DNA of 64,000 nucleotides. Source: the human T2T-CHM13v2.0 reference genome, Homo sapiens. The stretch lies in assembly GCF_009914755.1 (NCBI RefSeq), contig NC_060925.1. One strand, written 5' to 3'. This document shows, in pieces, positions 40,946 through 52,088 of the stretch. The notes beneath the pieces were generated by a model. That model ran no database searches. It saw nothing but the letters and a program-made list of their open reading frames with translations, and had not been told where the DNA came from. Position 1 is the stretch's first letter. Every line of letters begins with the position of its first letter. The position numbers and the translations under genes were made by a program.

Positions 40946-41150
40946 AGATGGAAGGCAGAAAGGTAGGAGAGAAGGAAGAAAAGAGAGGAGAGAGACAGAT
41001 TAGAGGCAGGGAAATGCAGTCTATGTTCATAATTTATACGAGAGAGAATAATAACTAAGGTGGTGATACAACTGTTTTGAGTATAATCTTGTTTTCTCTG
41101 ACCCTCTCCAGCAAATTGTATCACCCAATCAATCCCTGTAAACCTCTGGG

Positions 41151-41913
41151 TGAGACAGAGGAGGGACCCCCTCTTTTAGGGGCCTACAGACCCCAAGCAT
41201 GGAAATAAAGGAAAATCCTGAGTTCCTTCCCGGGAAATTCCAGGCACCTAGCTAGCCCTGAGAAGTAAATAAGTAACCTGTTAAACAAGAAGGTAAAAGT
41301 AGCCTAAAACAATAGCTAAAGAAGTTAGAGTCCCAGAGATGTTTGCTCTCCCTATGGAAATTAAAGATAACATCTTAACATATGTCCCCGAGTTGTCTTT
41401 CAGAGGCTGGGACCCCCACAGGACTGATCCACTGGCACTTAGACCCCAGATGAGGGGGAAGTGAAGACTAAACTTTAACTATGGCTCTTTGTTCTAAGGT
41501 TCTTCCTAAGGGGCTTGGAGACAGTCACTACCCTAACATTTTTCTACTGACCCACAATTTTCAAACAAAGCTTCTCTTCCTTAATCAATTGCAAATCAGA
41601 AGATCTTTAAATCTACCTCTGCCTTGCAAGCCGGTGCTTCAAGATATCCGCACTTTTAGTCCAAAACCAATGCGTAACTTTAATGTGTTGATTGATCATT
41701 TTGCCAATAGTGTCAGCTCTCCTGAAATTTACCCCTCCTTTAAAAACCCTTACCTGCAAGCCATTAGGGAGTTTGGGTCTATAAGCCTGAGCTGCCCTGA
41801 TTCTCCTTGCTTGATGCCCTACAGTAAATGCCTTCCTATCACGGCAGAAACCTCCGTGTGAGCGCCTGGTTTCATTGCACCGGGCGAGTGGATGCCGGAT
41901 TGGTTCTGTAACA
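41151..41913 (+). mobile_element. ERV1 solo LTR (MER39-like)
   Basis: TGAGACAGAG...GGGACCCC...GCATGGAAATAAAGGAAAATCC...GGGAAATTCCAGGCACCTAGCTAGCC; ends GGTTCTGTAACA. Confidence 0.78.
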
Positions 41914-44419
41914 CGAATATCACCATGCCCAGGACAGCGACTCCAAATTTCTACTGTCCTCAGTTTGATATGGTTTCTCTTTGGGCTTTGTGTCTGTTAT
42001 TTCATTCTCTCGGTCCCCAGTTGTTTTTTTCATTTTAAAACCCATTTTTAACATCTCGCCCTCATTTCTCTCATTTGAATTTTCATTTAAGCCCAAGTGA
42101 TTTTCTAATAGCTTGAGTCCCTTATTGAGTCATTTGTCTCAGAGCCAAATGCAGGGATGATGGCTCCGCTTCCTGTCTGTGTGGTTTAGCCGAGAGGCTT
42201 TTGTTTATGAGCCTGGGGTGCTGAGCAGTTTAAGAAAGTGCCCTTGGGCTGTGACTGCCCTGCCATTCTGAAGCGGTGAGCTCTCCTCATTGAAGAGAAG
42301 GGAGAGGCCTCTCCTGGCTCCTCTCTCCCCGCAACCAAAACACTTGCAATCTGGGTGGCAATTGATGCAATAAGGTTCACAGGTAAAAAGCTAACCAGGC
42401 TTTGACTTTTAAATGAAAGCCCCGTTCTGAAATGGAGCACAGCAGGTGGGCAGGAGCTGCACTCCTTTCCAAAGCTGTCACACATCTGTGCAGAGGCATG
42501 GTTTGGTGTTTTTTTTTTTTTTTTTTTTTTTTTTTTTGTAATCAGCAACAGCAGCAGCAGCCTGGGAACCACTCTGTACCTGCTGCTCAGGCTTAGCTGC
42601 TTCTCTGCAAATTATATTCAGTGGGAGGTCATTTTCTTGTTAGGGAGGGCCTGTGGGGGGGGGTTTCCCTGTCTCTAGGGACCAGCTTTGGAGACAGAAC
42701 ATTGCATTCCCCACCTGAAAATCCCAAATATGCATTTTCTACTTCTGAAAGGAAATCACTGTCCATGAAAGCTAAAAACACCCACTGTCCAGAAAATAAT
42801 ACACACATATGCATATGTGTACATATATAGAAATAGATAAAAGATGTATAATTGAATAATATATAGTGAATAGTATATTAATAATTAATAATAAAAATTA
42901 GTAATATATTATTCAAATTTGTCATCTAATTCATCCACCAATATAAGTTCTTTAAGATAAAGGATAAAAATTATGGTGACTGTACGTGTCTCTTCTCCTT
43001 GAGGTATTCAGGATCGGGTCGTTGTGGATTGGAGGATCCATGGGTAGATTTTTAAATTCAAAACTGGGGGCTAAGGCAGCTGTCTGGACAAACCCAGATT
43101 AATACATTAAAAATAAATAAAACCCAGAAGTGACTGGAATTGCCTTACTTGGAATGGCATGGTCTACATTTGCTGTTTTGTCAATGGAGAGTGAGACCGG
43201 GTATTTTCTAAGCTTCCTGGTCTCCCAGGAGAATTTTGTTTAGTTATTTAAATCGCAGCTTTTAAATTCCTGGCCAGCTGCCCAAAAGCTGTATTGTTGG
43301 ACCTGCCTTTTGTCTTCTTCATAACTATGCTTACCCTCACAGGATCTTTAAGAGTTAAGGAATTGTCCTTCAGTGAGTTTTGGTCAAAGGAGGCAGAACC
43401 TGGAACTCAACATCAGCCCTTTCAGTGGGGCTTAGGCAACTTTCCGGATGGGAAGAGGGCTTACCCCCAGCGGTCTGTGTGTAGCTCTTCAGGCTGAAAT
43501 GCCTGTCATCTGCTACAGATCAAATGCAGGACTAATTGGCACTCCTGAGCCAACTCATTTTTGGATGAGTTTCCTTCTGATGTTTCAAAGCATCTCAAAA
43601 GGCTCTTCTATAAATGATTCTCAAGGATCTTCGCAGAGAGAGATTAGTCTCTTAACTACAGTAGCAATAGGCTTTGGTCCAGATTTATAACCACTCTGTC
43701 TTTCATATTGAATACTGAAATCTAGGTTTAGTTTAATTTCTTCTAATTCCTTTTCAGTAACGTATCTTAGAAGCTTAACCAAAAAGAGGAGAATGAAGAA
43801 GGAAATCAACTCATTTGCCACTGTCAAAACAGTTATAAGGCGAAAGATTCATATGGTCTGAAGAGAAACCAGAGAATAACATAACTTAAAAATGATTTCA
43901 GGCACGTGCAAATGGGATAATTAACAAATATATCAAAATGAATGGGGGAAATTCTAATGCTGTAAGCTAGAAATTTCATGAAAACATGCCTGCAGAGAGC
44001 AAACTTTTTTTTTTTTAAGAAAGAAAACCATAATAATTATCATAAGGTCACTACCAAGTGCCAAACATCAGGCTGGATTTTTTAGAGGCACTAATGTATC
44101 TAATTTCCATGAAGCTTTTTCAAAGTAATTTCAAAGTATTCTCCCCATTTTACAGTAGGGGAAACTGAGACTCAGCAATATTAATTGACTTACCCAATTG
44201 ATGGATAGTAGGTAAATTTGAACCCAGGGCTACTCAGCTCCAAAGTACATATCCTTTCTATTTACATAGCTGTCATTAAAAAAAAAAATCTAACAACGAT
44301 AATGATGGCAATGATAACTCTAAAAATGTGTAAGATAAGAAATTTGAAGCACAATTATTTACAAATATTTTATACTTTTAAAAGACTATTCATTTCAGGT
44401 TTCTGAATGTCTGTATAAA

Positions 44420-44650
44420 CATTAAACAATAGAATTTTCTGCAGTGAACATAAATATAAAAATTTTCTGCAGTGCACATAAATCAGGTAGTCACAAGATA
44501 CAGAGAAATACTAAGCACTGAAATTGTGTTTTATGTGATCGAGTATCTCAATTCTTAATTTTATTTCATTTTGAATAATTAATAATTAATTATTTAATTT
44601 CTATTTAAATAACCACATGCTGTATGCCTAATGGATCAGGCAGCACCAGA
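44420..44650. mobile_element. MER3-like hAT MITE with an internal 23-bp duplication
   Basis: AATAGAATTTTCTGCAGTG...AAATAACCACATG; AATTTTCTGCAGTG(A/C)ACATAAAT occurs twice. Confidence 0.5.
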
Positions 44651-44992
44651 TCTACATATTTATAATTATGATGCTCAAAGACAAGTTCAGAAAGAGGAAA
44701 TTTTAATGCAAACATAGTGCCAAAGTTGATATTTTTCGTTAATATCATTAATGAAATTCCTAGAAAATAGATGAGTCTCATGTAATTGCAGACTTACCCA
44801 TGGGTGAGTCTTTATATTTATACTGTGGATTGAGAGTTAGTTCTCATAATGAATTCCTACATGCCATCAATGCCCAAATGGATTTAGGATACAATTTTAA
44901 TTCTCATGTCTACAATTCTCACGTTGACAAGGGACACATTTTATTTTATAATAGTAAATTTAAATATGGCAGAGGAAAGGATTTTTTTTTCA

Positions 44993-44993
<1 letters not shown>

Positions 44994-45038
<45 letters not shown>
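44994..45038. repeat. (CA)n microsatellite
   Basis: Pure CA run of about 22 units. Confidence 0.95.
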
Positions 45039-45040
<2 letters not shown>

Positions 45041-45152
45041 TCCTGAAAGACTTTTTTTTTAAATTATAAACATACAATCCAGATTCCAGTTATTCTAAAA
45101 ACCAAACACTTTTTTTGTTGTTGTTCTTTATTTTGTAATGTATGATAGTGTG

Positions 45153-45527
45153 TGATGTGGTTTGGCTCTGTGTCTCCACCCAAATCTTATATCAAACTTT
45201 AATCCCCATATTCCCCATGTGTCAAGGGAGGGACCTAGTGGGAGGTGATTGGATCATGGGGGCAGCTCCCTCTTGCTGTTCTCGTGATAGTGAGTGAGTT
45301 CTCACGAGATTTGATGGTTTTATAAGTGTTTGACGGTTCCTCCTTTGCACATACTCTCTCTCCTTCTGCCTTGTGAAGAAGGTGCCTGCTTCCCCTTCTG
45401 CTGTGATTGTAAGTTTCCTGAGGCCTTCCCAGCCATGTGGAACTGTGAGTCAATCAAATCTCCTTTGTTTCTAAACTACCCAGTCTCAGGTGGTTTCTTT
45501 ATAGCAGTGTAAGAATGGATTAACACA
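45153..45527 (+). mobile_element. MaLR solo LTR (THE1D/MSTA-like)
   Basis: TGATGTGGTTTGGCTCTGTGTC...GTGAGTGAGTTCTCACGAGAT...CCCAGCCATGTGGAACTGTGAGTC...TTTATAGCAGTGT...TAACACA. Confidence 0.92.
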
Positions 45528-45536
45528 ATATGTGAA

Positions 45537-45970
45537 TTTCATGCGCGTCCGTGTGAAGAGACCACCAAACAGGCTTTGTGTGAGCAACATGGCTGTTTAT
45601 TTCACCTGGGTGCAGGCGGGCTGAGTCCAAAAAGAGAGTCAGTGAAGGGAGATAAGGGTGGGGCTGTTTTATAGGATTTGGGTAGGTAAAGGAAAATTAC
45701 AGTCAAAGGGGGTTGTTCTCTGGTGGGCAGGGGCGGGGGTCACAAGGTGCTCAGTGGGGGAGCTTCTGAGCCAGGAGAAGGAGATTCACAGGGTTAATCA
45801 CGCAGTTAAGGTGGGGCAGGAACAAATCACAATGGTGGAATGTCATCAGTTAAGGCGGGGCAGGGCCTTTTCACTTCTTTTGTGATTCTTCAGTTACTTC
45901 AGGCCATCTGGGCGTATACGTGCAAGTCACAGGGGATGCGATGGCTTGTCTTGGGCTCAGAGGCCTGACA
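45537..45970 (-). promoter_or_regulatory. HERV-H 3' LTR (434 bp) with LTR7Y-like central U3
   Basis: TGTCAGGCCTCTGAGCCC...GCGCATGAAA; polyA signal AATAAA at 45596-45601; U3 has CATTCCACCATTGTGATTTGTTCCTGCCCCACC. Confidence 0.93.
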
Positions 45971-48900
45971 TTCCTGCCTTCTTATATTTATAAGAAGAAT
46001 AAAACAAAATAGTGTTGAAGTGTTGGGGTGGCGAAAATTTTTGGGGGGTGGTATGGAGAGAGAATGGGCGATGTTTCTCAGGGCTGCTTCAAGCGGGATT
46101 AGGGGCGGCGTGGGAACCTAGAGTGGGAGAGATTAAGCTGAAGGGAGGTCTTGTGGTAAGGGGTGATATTGTGGGGATGTTAGAAGAAACATTTGTCGTA
46201 TAGAATGATTGGCGATGGCCTGGATAAGGTTTTGGATGAATTGAGAAACTAAATGGAATAACAGAAGGAGAAAAATAGGTATAAAAGGTCTAAGAATTGG
46301 GACGACTCAGGATATCTGATTAGAGAGTGCCTAAAGAGATTCAGCATAGTCCTGCCAGCAAAGATTATTTATTTACTTCAAGAGTTAAGAGTGGCAGTCT
46401 GGGGATAGCATCAGGAGATATCAGCTGTGACGGCTTGGAAACACAGTGTAAACCGGCAGTGTAAACAAGAGCAGGGCATGTATGAGTAGTTGAGAACGGT
46501 GAATAGGAGAGTATGACTAGATAGAAGATAGTAGGGATGACAAGTTTTTTGGGGCACAGTCTAAGTTGGTCTGGTGTCTGGAATGAGACTGGGGCCTAAT
46601 AAAAAGGAGCAACTATACAGGAGCTTAAATGGGCTGTACCCTGTAGCATTCCGAGGACAGGCCTGAATTCTGAGAAGGGAAAGTGGTAAAAGTATTGTCT
46701 AGTCCTTTTTAAGTTGGTAGCTGAGCTTGGTGAGGTGTGTTTTTAAAAGACCTTTAGTCCGTTCTACTTTTCTTGAAGATGGAGGACCGTAAGGGATATA
46801 AAGGTTTCACTGAATACTAAGAGCCTGAAAAACTGCTTGGCTGATTTGACTAATAAAGGCTCGTCTGTTATCAGACTGTATTGAGGTGGGAAGGCTAAAC
46901 TGAGGAATTATGTCTGACAGAAGGGAAGAAATGACTGCAGTGGCCTTCTCGGACCCTGTAGGAAAGGCCTCTACCCATCCAGTGAAAGTATCTACCTAGA
47001 CTAAGAGGTATTTTAGTTATCTGACTCAGGGCATATTGAGTAAAGCTAATCTGCCAGTCCAGGGTGGGGGCAAATCCTCGAGCTTGATGTGTAGGGAAGG
47101 GAGGGGGCCTGAAGAATCCCTGAGGAGTAGTAGAATAGCAGATGGAACACTGAGAAGTTATTTCCTTGAGGATAGATTTCCACGATGGAAAGGAAATGAG
47201 AGGTTCTAAGAGGCGGGCTAGTGGCTTGTACTATAGTATAACCTGCCTTTGCTGGTGAGTGGCGATTAGGCCTGGTGGAACCGCCAGCAATAAATCAAGC
47301 GTGATCAGGGTGAGGAACAGGAAAGAAGGAAATTTGGGGAAATGGGGTGAATGTCAGGTGGATCAGAGAGATACAGTCATGGGGGTCAGGTGTGGTATCA
47401 GGAATAATGTGGGAGGCCAGATTGAAGTCTGGGCCAGGAACAACGGTAATTGTGGGAGACTCAACAAAGAGTGAGTACAGCTGAAGGAGCCAGGGAGCAG
47501 AAAGTATATGTGTCAGGTGTGAGGAAGAAAATAGATTTTGGAAGTTATGAGAACTGTAGAGAGTGAGTTGAGCATAGTTTGTGATTTTGAGGGCCTCTAA
47601 AAGTATTAAAGCAGCGGCAGCCGCTGCACGCAGACATGAGGGCTAGGCTAAAACAGTAAGGTCAAGTTGTTTGGACAGAAAGGCTACAGGGTGCGGTCCC
47701 GGCTCTTGTGTAAGAATTCTGACCGCCCTAACCATGCCTAGGAAGGAAAGGAGCTGTTGTTTTGTAGAAGGTGCTGGGGTTTGAGAGATCAGTCAGACAC
47801 GATTGGCAGGGAGAGCACGTGTGTTTTTATGAGAATTATGCCGAGATAGGTAACAGATGAGGAAGAAATTTGGGCTTGATTGAAGTAATGGGGGCTGTCT
47901 GTGAAGCTTTGCGGCAGTATAGCCTAGGTAATTTGCTGAGCTTGATGGGTGTCAGGGTCAGTCCAAGTGAAAGCAAAGAGAGGCTGGGATGAAGGGTGCA
48001 AAGGGATAGTAAAGAAAGCATGTTTGAGATCTAGAACAGAATAATGGGTTGTAGAGGCAGGTATTGAGGATAGGAGAGTATATGGGTTTGGCACCACGGG
48101 GTGGATAGGCAAAACAATTTGGTTGATAAGGCGCAGATCCTGAACTAACTTGTAAGGCTTGTCTGGTTTTAGGACAGGTAAAATGGGGGAATTGTAAGGA
48201 GAGTTTATAGGCTTTAAAAGGCCATGCTGTAGCAGGCAAGCGATAACAGGCTTTAATCTTTTTAAAGCGTGCTGCGGGATGGGATATTGGCGTTGAGTGG
48301 GCTAAGGGTGATTAGGTTTTAATGAGATGGTAAGGGGTGCATGATCGGTCACCAAGGAGGGAGTAGAGGTATCTTATACTTGTGGGTTAAGGGATACAAG
48401 AGGAGGAGTCAGTCAGAGAGCCCTGGGCCAGAGTTCCCGGGGCTCTGGGAGTGGCTGCCAGGTGAGTTGAACAGTCCGATTTTCAGTGGGGTCCCACATA
48501 GATGGGACGCGGCTTAGGAGGAATCCTGGGCTGCGGGCATTCCTTGGCCCAGTGGCCAGATTTCTGGCACTTGTAGCAAGCTCCTGTGGGAGGAGGTTCT
48601 GGAGGAACGCCTGGCCGCTGCGGTTCAGGCGTTTGGAAGTTCTTGTGTGCTGGAGATGTGGCTGGGGTTTGTCTCACAGTGGAGGCAAGGAATTGCAACA
48701 TTTTCTATTATTGTACACCTTGAAGATGGGTTAATTAAGTCCTGTTGTGGGGTTTGAGGGCCAGATTCTAATTTTTGGAGTTTTATTTAATGTCGGGAGC
48801 AGATTGGGTAATAAAATGTATATTGAGAATAAGACGGCCTTTTGACCTTTTAGGGTCCAGGGCTGTAAAGTGTCTCAGGGTTGCTGCCAAACGAGCCATG

Positions 48901-49687
48901 AACTGGGCTAGGTTTTTATATTTGATGAAAAAGAGCCTAAACGCTATCTGATTTGGGATAAAGAAAAAGGAGCATTAACCTTGACTATGCCTTTAGCTCT
49001 AGCCACCTTTTTAAGAGTAAATTGCTGGGCAGGTGGGGGAGGGCTAGTCACGGAACGAAACTGTAAGCCGGAGCAGGTGTGAGGAGGGGAGGTGATAAAA
49101 AGATTATAGGGTGGAGGAGCGGAGGCTGAGGAAGAATTGGGACCTAGCTCGGCCTGGAGAGGAGCAGCCTGGGGAGGAAGGGACAGGTCAGATAGGTCTG
49201 TAGAAAAGGGAGATTAGAAAGACTCAGCGATGCTTGGGGTTGGTACTGAGGAGACAGGTGGGAGGGAAAGAAGGAAGGTTTGGGACAAGTTGCACTGGGC
49301 ACAGAGACTAGGAAGGGACTGATGTGTAAAAGAATGCCTGGACATCAGGCACCTCAGACCGTTTGCCTATTTTATGACAAGAATTATTTAGATTTTGCAG
49401 GATGGAAAAATTCAAAGTGCCATTTTCTGGCTATTTGGAACTACTGTCAAGTTTGTATTGGGGTCAAGTGGCATTGCAGAAAAAAATAAGGCATTTAGGT
49501 TTTAGGTCAGGTGTGAGTTGAAGAGGTTTTAAGTTTTTGAGAACAGAGGCCAAGGGAGTAGAAGGAGGAATGGAGGGTGGAATGTTGCCCATAGTGAAGG
49601 AAGCAAGCCTAGAGAAAAGAGAGAGTAGAGAAATGGAGGGAAGGGGTTTGGGGGTTCTTACCTTCCAGAAAAGTGGGAAAAGGGGTT

Positions 49688-49857
49688 GGGGCGCAGAGAT
49701 AAGAGGTCGGGGCGTGGAAATAAGGGATTGGGGCGCAGAGATATAAGAGGTTGGGGCACAGAAATAAGGGATTAGGGCACAGAGATAAGAGGTTGGGGCG
49801 TGGAAATAAGGGATTGGGGCACAGAGATAAGAGGTTGGGGCATGGAAATAAGGGATT
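49688..49857. repeat. G-rich 42-bp tandem repeat x4 in the HERV-H leader
   Basis: GGGGC(G/A)CAGAGATAAGAGGTTGGGGCGTGGAAATAAGGGATT units. Confidence 0.93.
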
Positions 49858-50305
49858 GGGGGTTCTTGCTCCATAGAAAAGCAGGACTTGCCACTAAGGG
49901 TGAAGGAGAAGGGGTTGAGGGATACTTGCCCCTCTCCCAGAAAAGCAGAGAAGGGGTAGAGACAAGGAGAGAAGGGGTTGAGGTACTTGCCCCTTTCCCG
50001 GAAAAGCGGGACTTGCCGCTAAGGGTGAAGGACCAAGACAGGCTTCCCTGAGTGGTCTGACACCCTTGAAACGTGGGTGTATAATCAGAGAGGCGTCCCT
50101 GCAATGATTAAACACCAAGGGAAGGCTGCCTTCCCAGTCCGTGACCGGCACCAGAGTTTTGAGTCCACGGATAAAACGTGTCTCCTTTGTCTCTCCCAGA
50201 AAATGAAAGGAATTGAAATTAAGAGAAGGGAGAGATTGAAGAGTGGAAAGGAGAAAGTGGTTGAGGGACAATGAGAAAGGTTGGAGAAGAGAGTAAGAAG
50301 AGGCC

Positions 50306-50314
50306 GCTTACCTG
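50306..50314 (-). promoter_or_regulatory. HERV-H major splice donor CAG|GTAAGC
   Basis: Minus strand TTAAATCAG|GTAAGCGG, about 145 nt downstream of the 5' LTR, the usual position of the HERV-H donor. Confidence 0.8.
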
Positions 50315-50437
50315 ATTTAAAATTGGTGAGATGTTCCTTGGGCTGATCGGTCTGAGGACCTGAGGTCATAGGTGGATCTTTCTCATGGAGCAAAGAACAG
50401 GAGGACAGGGGACTGATCTCCCAAGGGAGGTCCCCCG

Positions 50438-50455
50438 ATCCGAGTCACAGCACCA
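50438..50455 (-). promoter_or_regulatory. Primer binding site, tRNA-His
   Basis: TGGTGCTGTGACTCGGAT, one C>T from the His PBS TGGTGCCGTGACTCGGAT. Confidence 0.95.
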
Positions 50456-50457
50456 AA

Positions 50458-50909
50458 TTTCATGCGCGTCCGTGTGAAGAGACACCAAACAGGCTTTGTG
50501 TGAGCAACATGGCTGTTTATTTCACCTGGGTGCAGGCAGGCTGAGTCCAAAAAGAGAGTCAGCGAAGGGAGATAAGGATGGGGCTGTTTTATAGGATTTG
50601 GGTAGGTAAAGGAAAATTACAGTCAAAGGGGGTTTGTTCTCTGGCGGGCAGGAGTGGGGGTCGCAAGGTGCTCAGTGAGGGTGGTTTTTGAGCCAGGATG
50701 AGCCAGGAAAAGGACTTTCACAAGGTAATGTCATCACTTAAGGCAAGGACCAGCCATTTACACTTCTTTTGTGTTGGAATGTCATCAGTTAAGGTGGGGC
50801 AGGGCATATTCACTTCTTTTGTGATTCTTCAGTTACTTCAGGCCATCTGGGCATATACGTGCAAGTCACAGGGGATGCGATGGCTTGTCTTGGGCTCAGA
50901 GGCCTGACA
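50458..50909 (-). promoter_or_regulatory. HERV-H 5' LTR (452 bp), canonical LTR7/LTR7up-like promoter
   Basis: Two ACAAAAGA SOX-type motifs (plus-strand TCTTTTGT at about 50765 and 50815), TATAAAA at 50587-50593, adjacent PBS. Confidence 0.93.
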
Positions 50910-50959
50910 GTGAAGATACGACCTCCAAGATGTTATCAGAGAGACTCTGACCCACAATC

Positions 50960-51768
50960 GCTCAGATAGGTTACATTTCCCCCCTGTGCAGGGGAAGCTA
51001 TTTCTGCTTCATCCAGATCCCTTTCCTGGCTGTCACCCATCCCTCAAATGCTGTGAGTGTTGCCTGCTAATGGCTGAAAGCTGTCCCTTCTCTAAAGAAT
51101 GGCCATGGAAAAATGGGAACCCCTAGCCCAGGAGATTACACCTTCCTACATTCCACCCTCATTCATCTTTAGGGAATGACAGGCTGATGGAGGAGCAGGT
51201 TCCAAAAGACCAATCTCCCTAGTCAAAGTAGAACCAATTTTATGGTGCAATTCTTGCTCCAGAGCTTCCTGTAGGATCAGGCTGTTGGTAGTCTCCTGCT
51301 GAGACTATATCTTTCCTTAACTCCTTGTCATAGTCTATTCTGGCTGCTATAATAAAATGTCATAGGCTGGGGGGTTTATAAACAACAGAAATTCATTGCT
51401 CACAGTCTGGAGGCTTGGAGAGCCAAGATCAAGGTACTGGCATACTCAGTGTCTGGTAAGGGCCCACTTTATCATAGGTGGTGCCTTCTCTGTGTCCTCA
51501 TATGGTGGAAGAAGTGGACAAGCTTGCTTGGGGCTATTTTATGAGGGCACTAATCTCATTTCCGATGGCCCCACCTCCTGCTACCATCACTCTGGCAATT
51601 ACTTTTTTAACATGTGAATTTTAGAAGGACACGAATATTTAGACCATCACCCTCCTCCTCGGTCCTATCTTACTTCCCCATCCCTTCCCCAGATACCACA
51701 AGCTCAATAAGTCACATGCACCTGAATCCTTGTCTCAGGTCCTGCTTCTAGGAAACCTGCCTAAGACG
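50960..51768 (+). mobile_element. LTR16C-like ERVL LTR split by MLT1A
   Basis: CCAGAGCTTCCTGTAGGATCAGGCTG and terminal GAATCCTTGTCTCAGGTCCTGCTTCTAGGAAACC...CCTAAGAC. Confidence 0.7.
51326..51651 (-). mobile_element. MLT1A-like MaLR LTR
   Basis: TGTCATAGTC...GCTGCTATAATAAAATGTCATAGGCTGG...AGACCATC; TSD CTCCT. Confidence 0.82.
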
Positions 51769-52088
51769 CCATCTCAAGGACCTGAGTTATTTGCATGACC
51801 GAGAAGTTGCCTGTCAATGTCTGGGCTCACATGTTCCTCCTCAGAAAAGTATAGAAGGTATTTTCACTAATAAGCTTTGAGAAACAGTAAACTTTTGTTT
51901 TTTCTTTTCTGTGCAAAAATTTATCTAAGACATTCCAGAGGCAAAAGGGTTATGTGATATCACCACAGCCTAGATTTAGAATACAAACCCAACTACAAAA
52001 TTGAGGCTGTCACTCCTGCCTAATCAGTCAAAATGGAAGTGGTCAATTGGAGTAAGTATATATTCTGGCTACAGTACAATTTAGAGAG

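Larger units (their letters stand above)
45537..50909 (-). mobile_element. HERV-H provirus (internally deleted type, 5.37 kb), non-coding
   Basis: Two LTR7-family LTRs; TSD GTGAA (45532-45536, 50910-50914); PBS-His; PPT AAGAAGGCAGGAA; gag zinc knuckle CYKCQKSGHWAKEC (ORF 48483-48701); RT HYSVLDLKHAFFTIPL (47924-48112) with the YxDD segment deleted. Confidence 0.98.

Noticed and set aside
42186-42572. ORF with apparent signal peptide and poly-Lys (MVPRLLLLLLITKKKK)
   Set aside because: Translation of a short CAG repeat and a poly-T tract; non-ATG start.
45971-46700. Possible HERV-H env coding capacity
   Set aside because: Only a short remnant lies between pol and the PPT, with no long minus-strand ORF.
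49464-49874. Repetitive Pro-rich ORF (PIPYFHAPTSYLCA repeats)
   Set aside because: Translation of the HERV-H leader VNTR.
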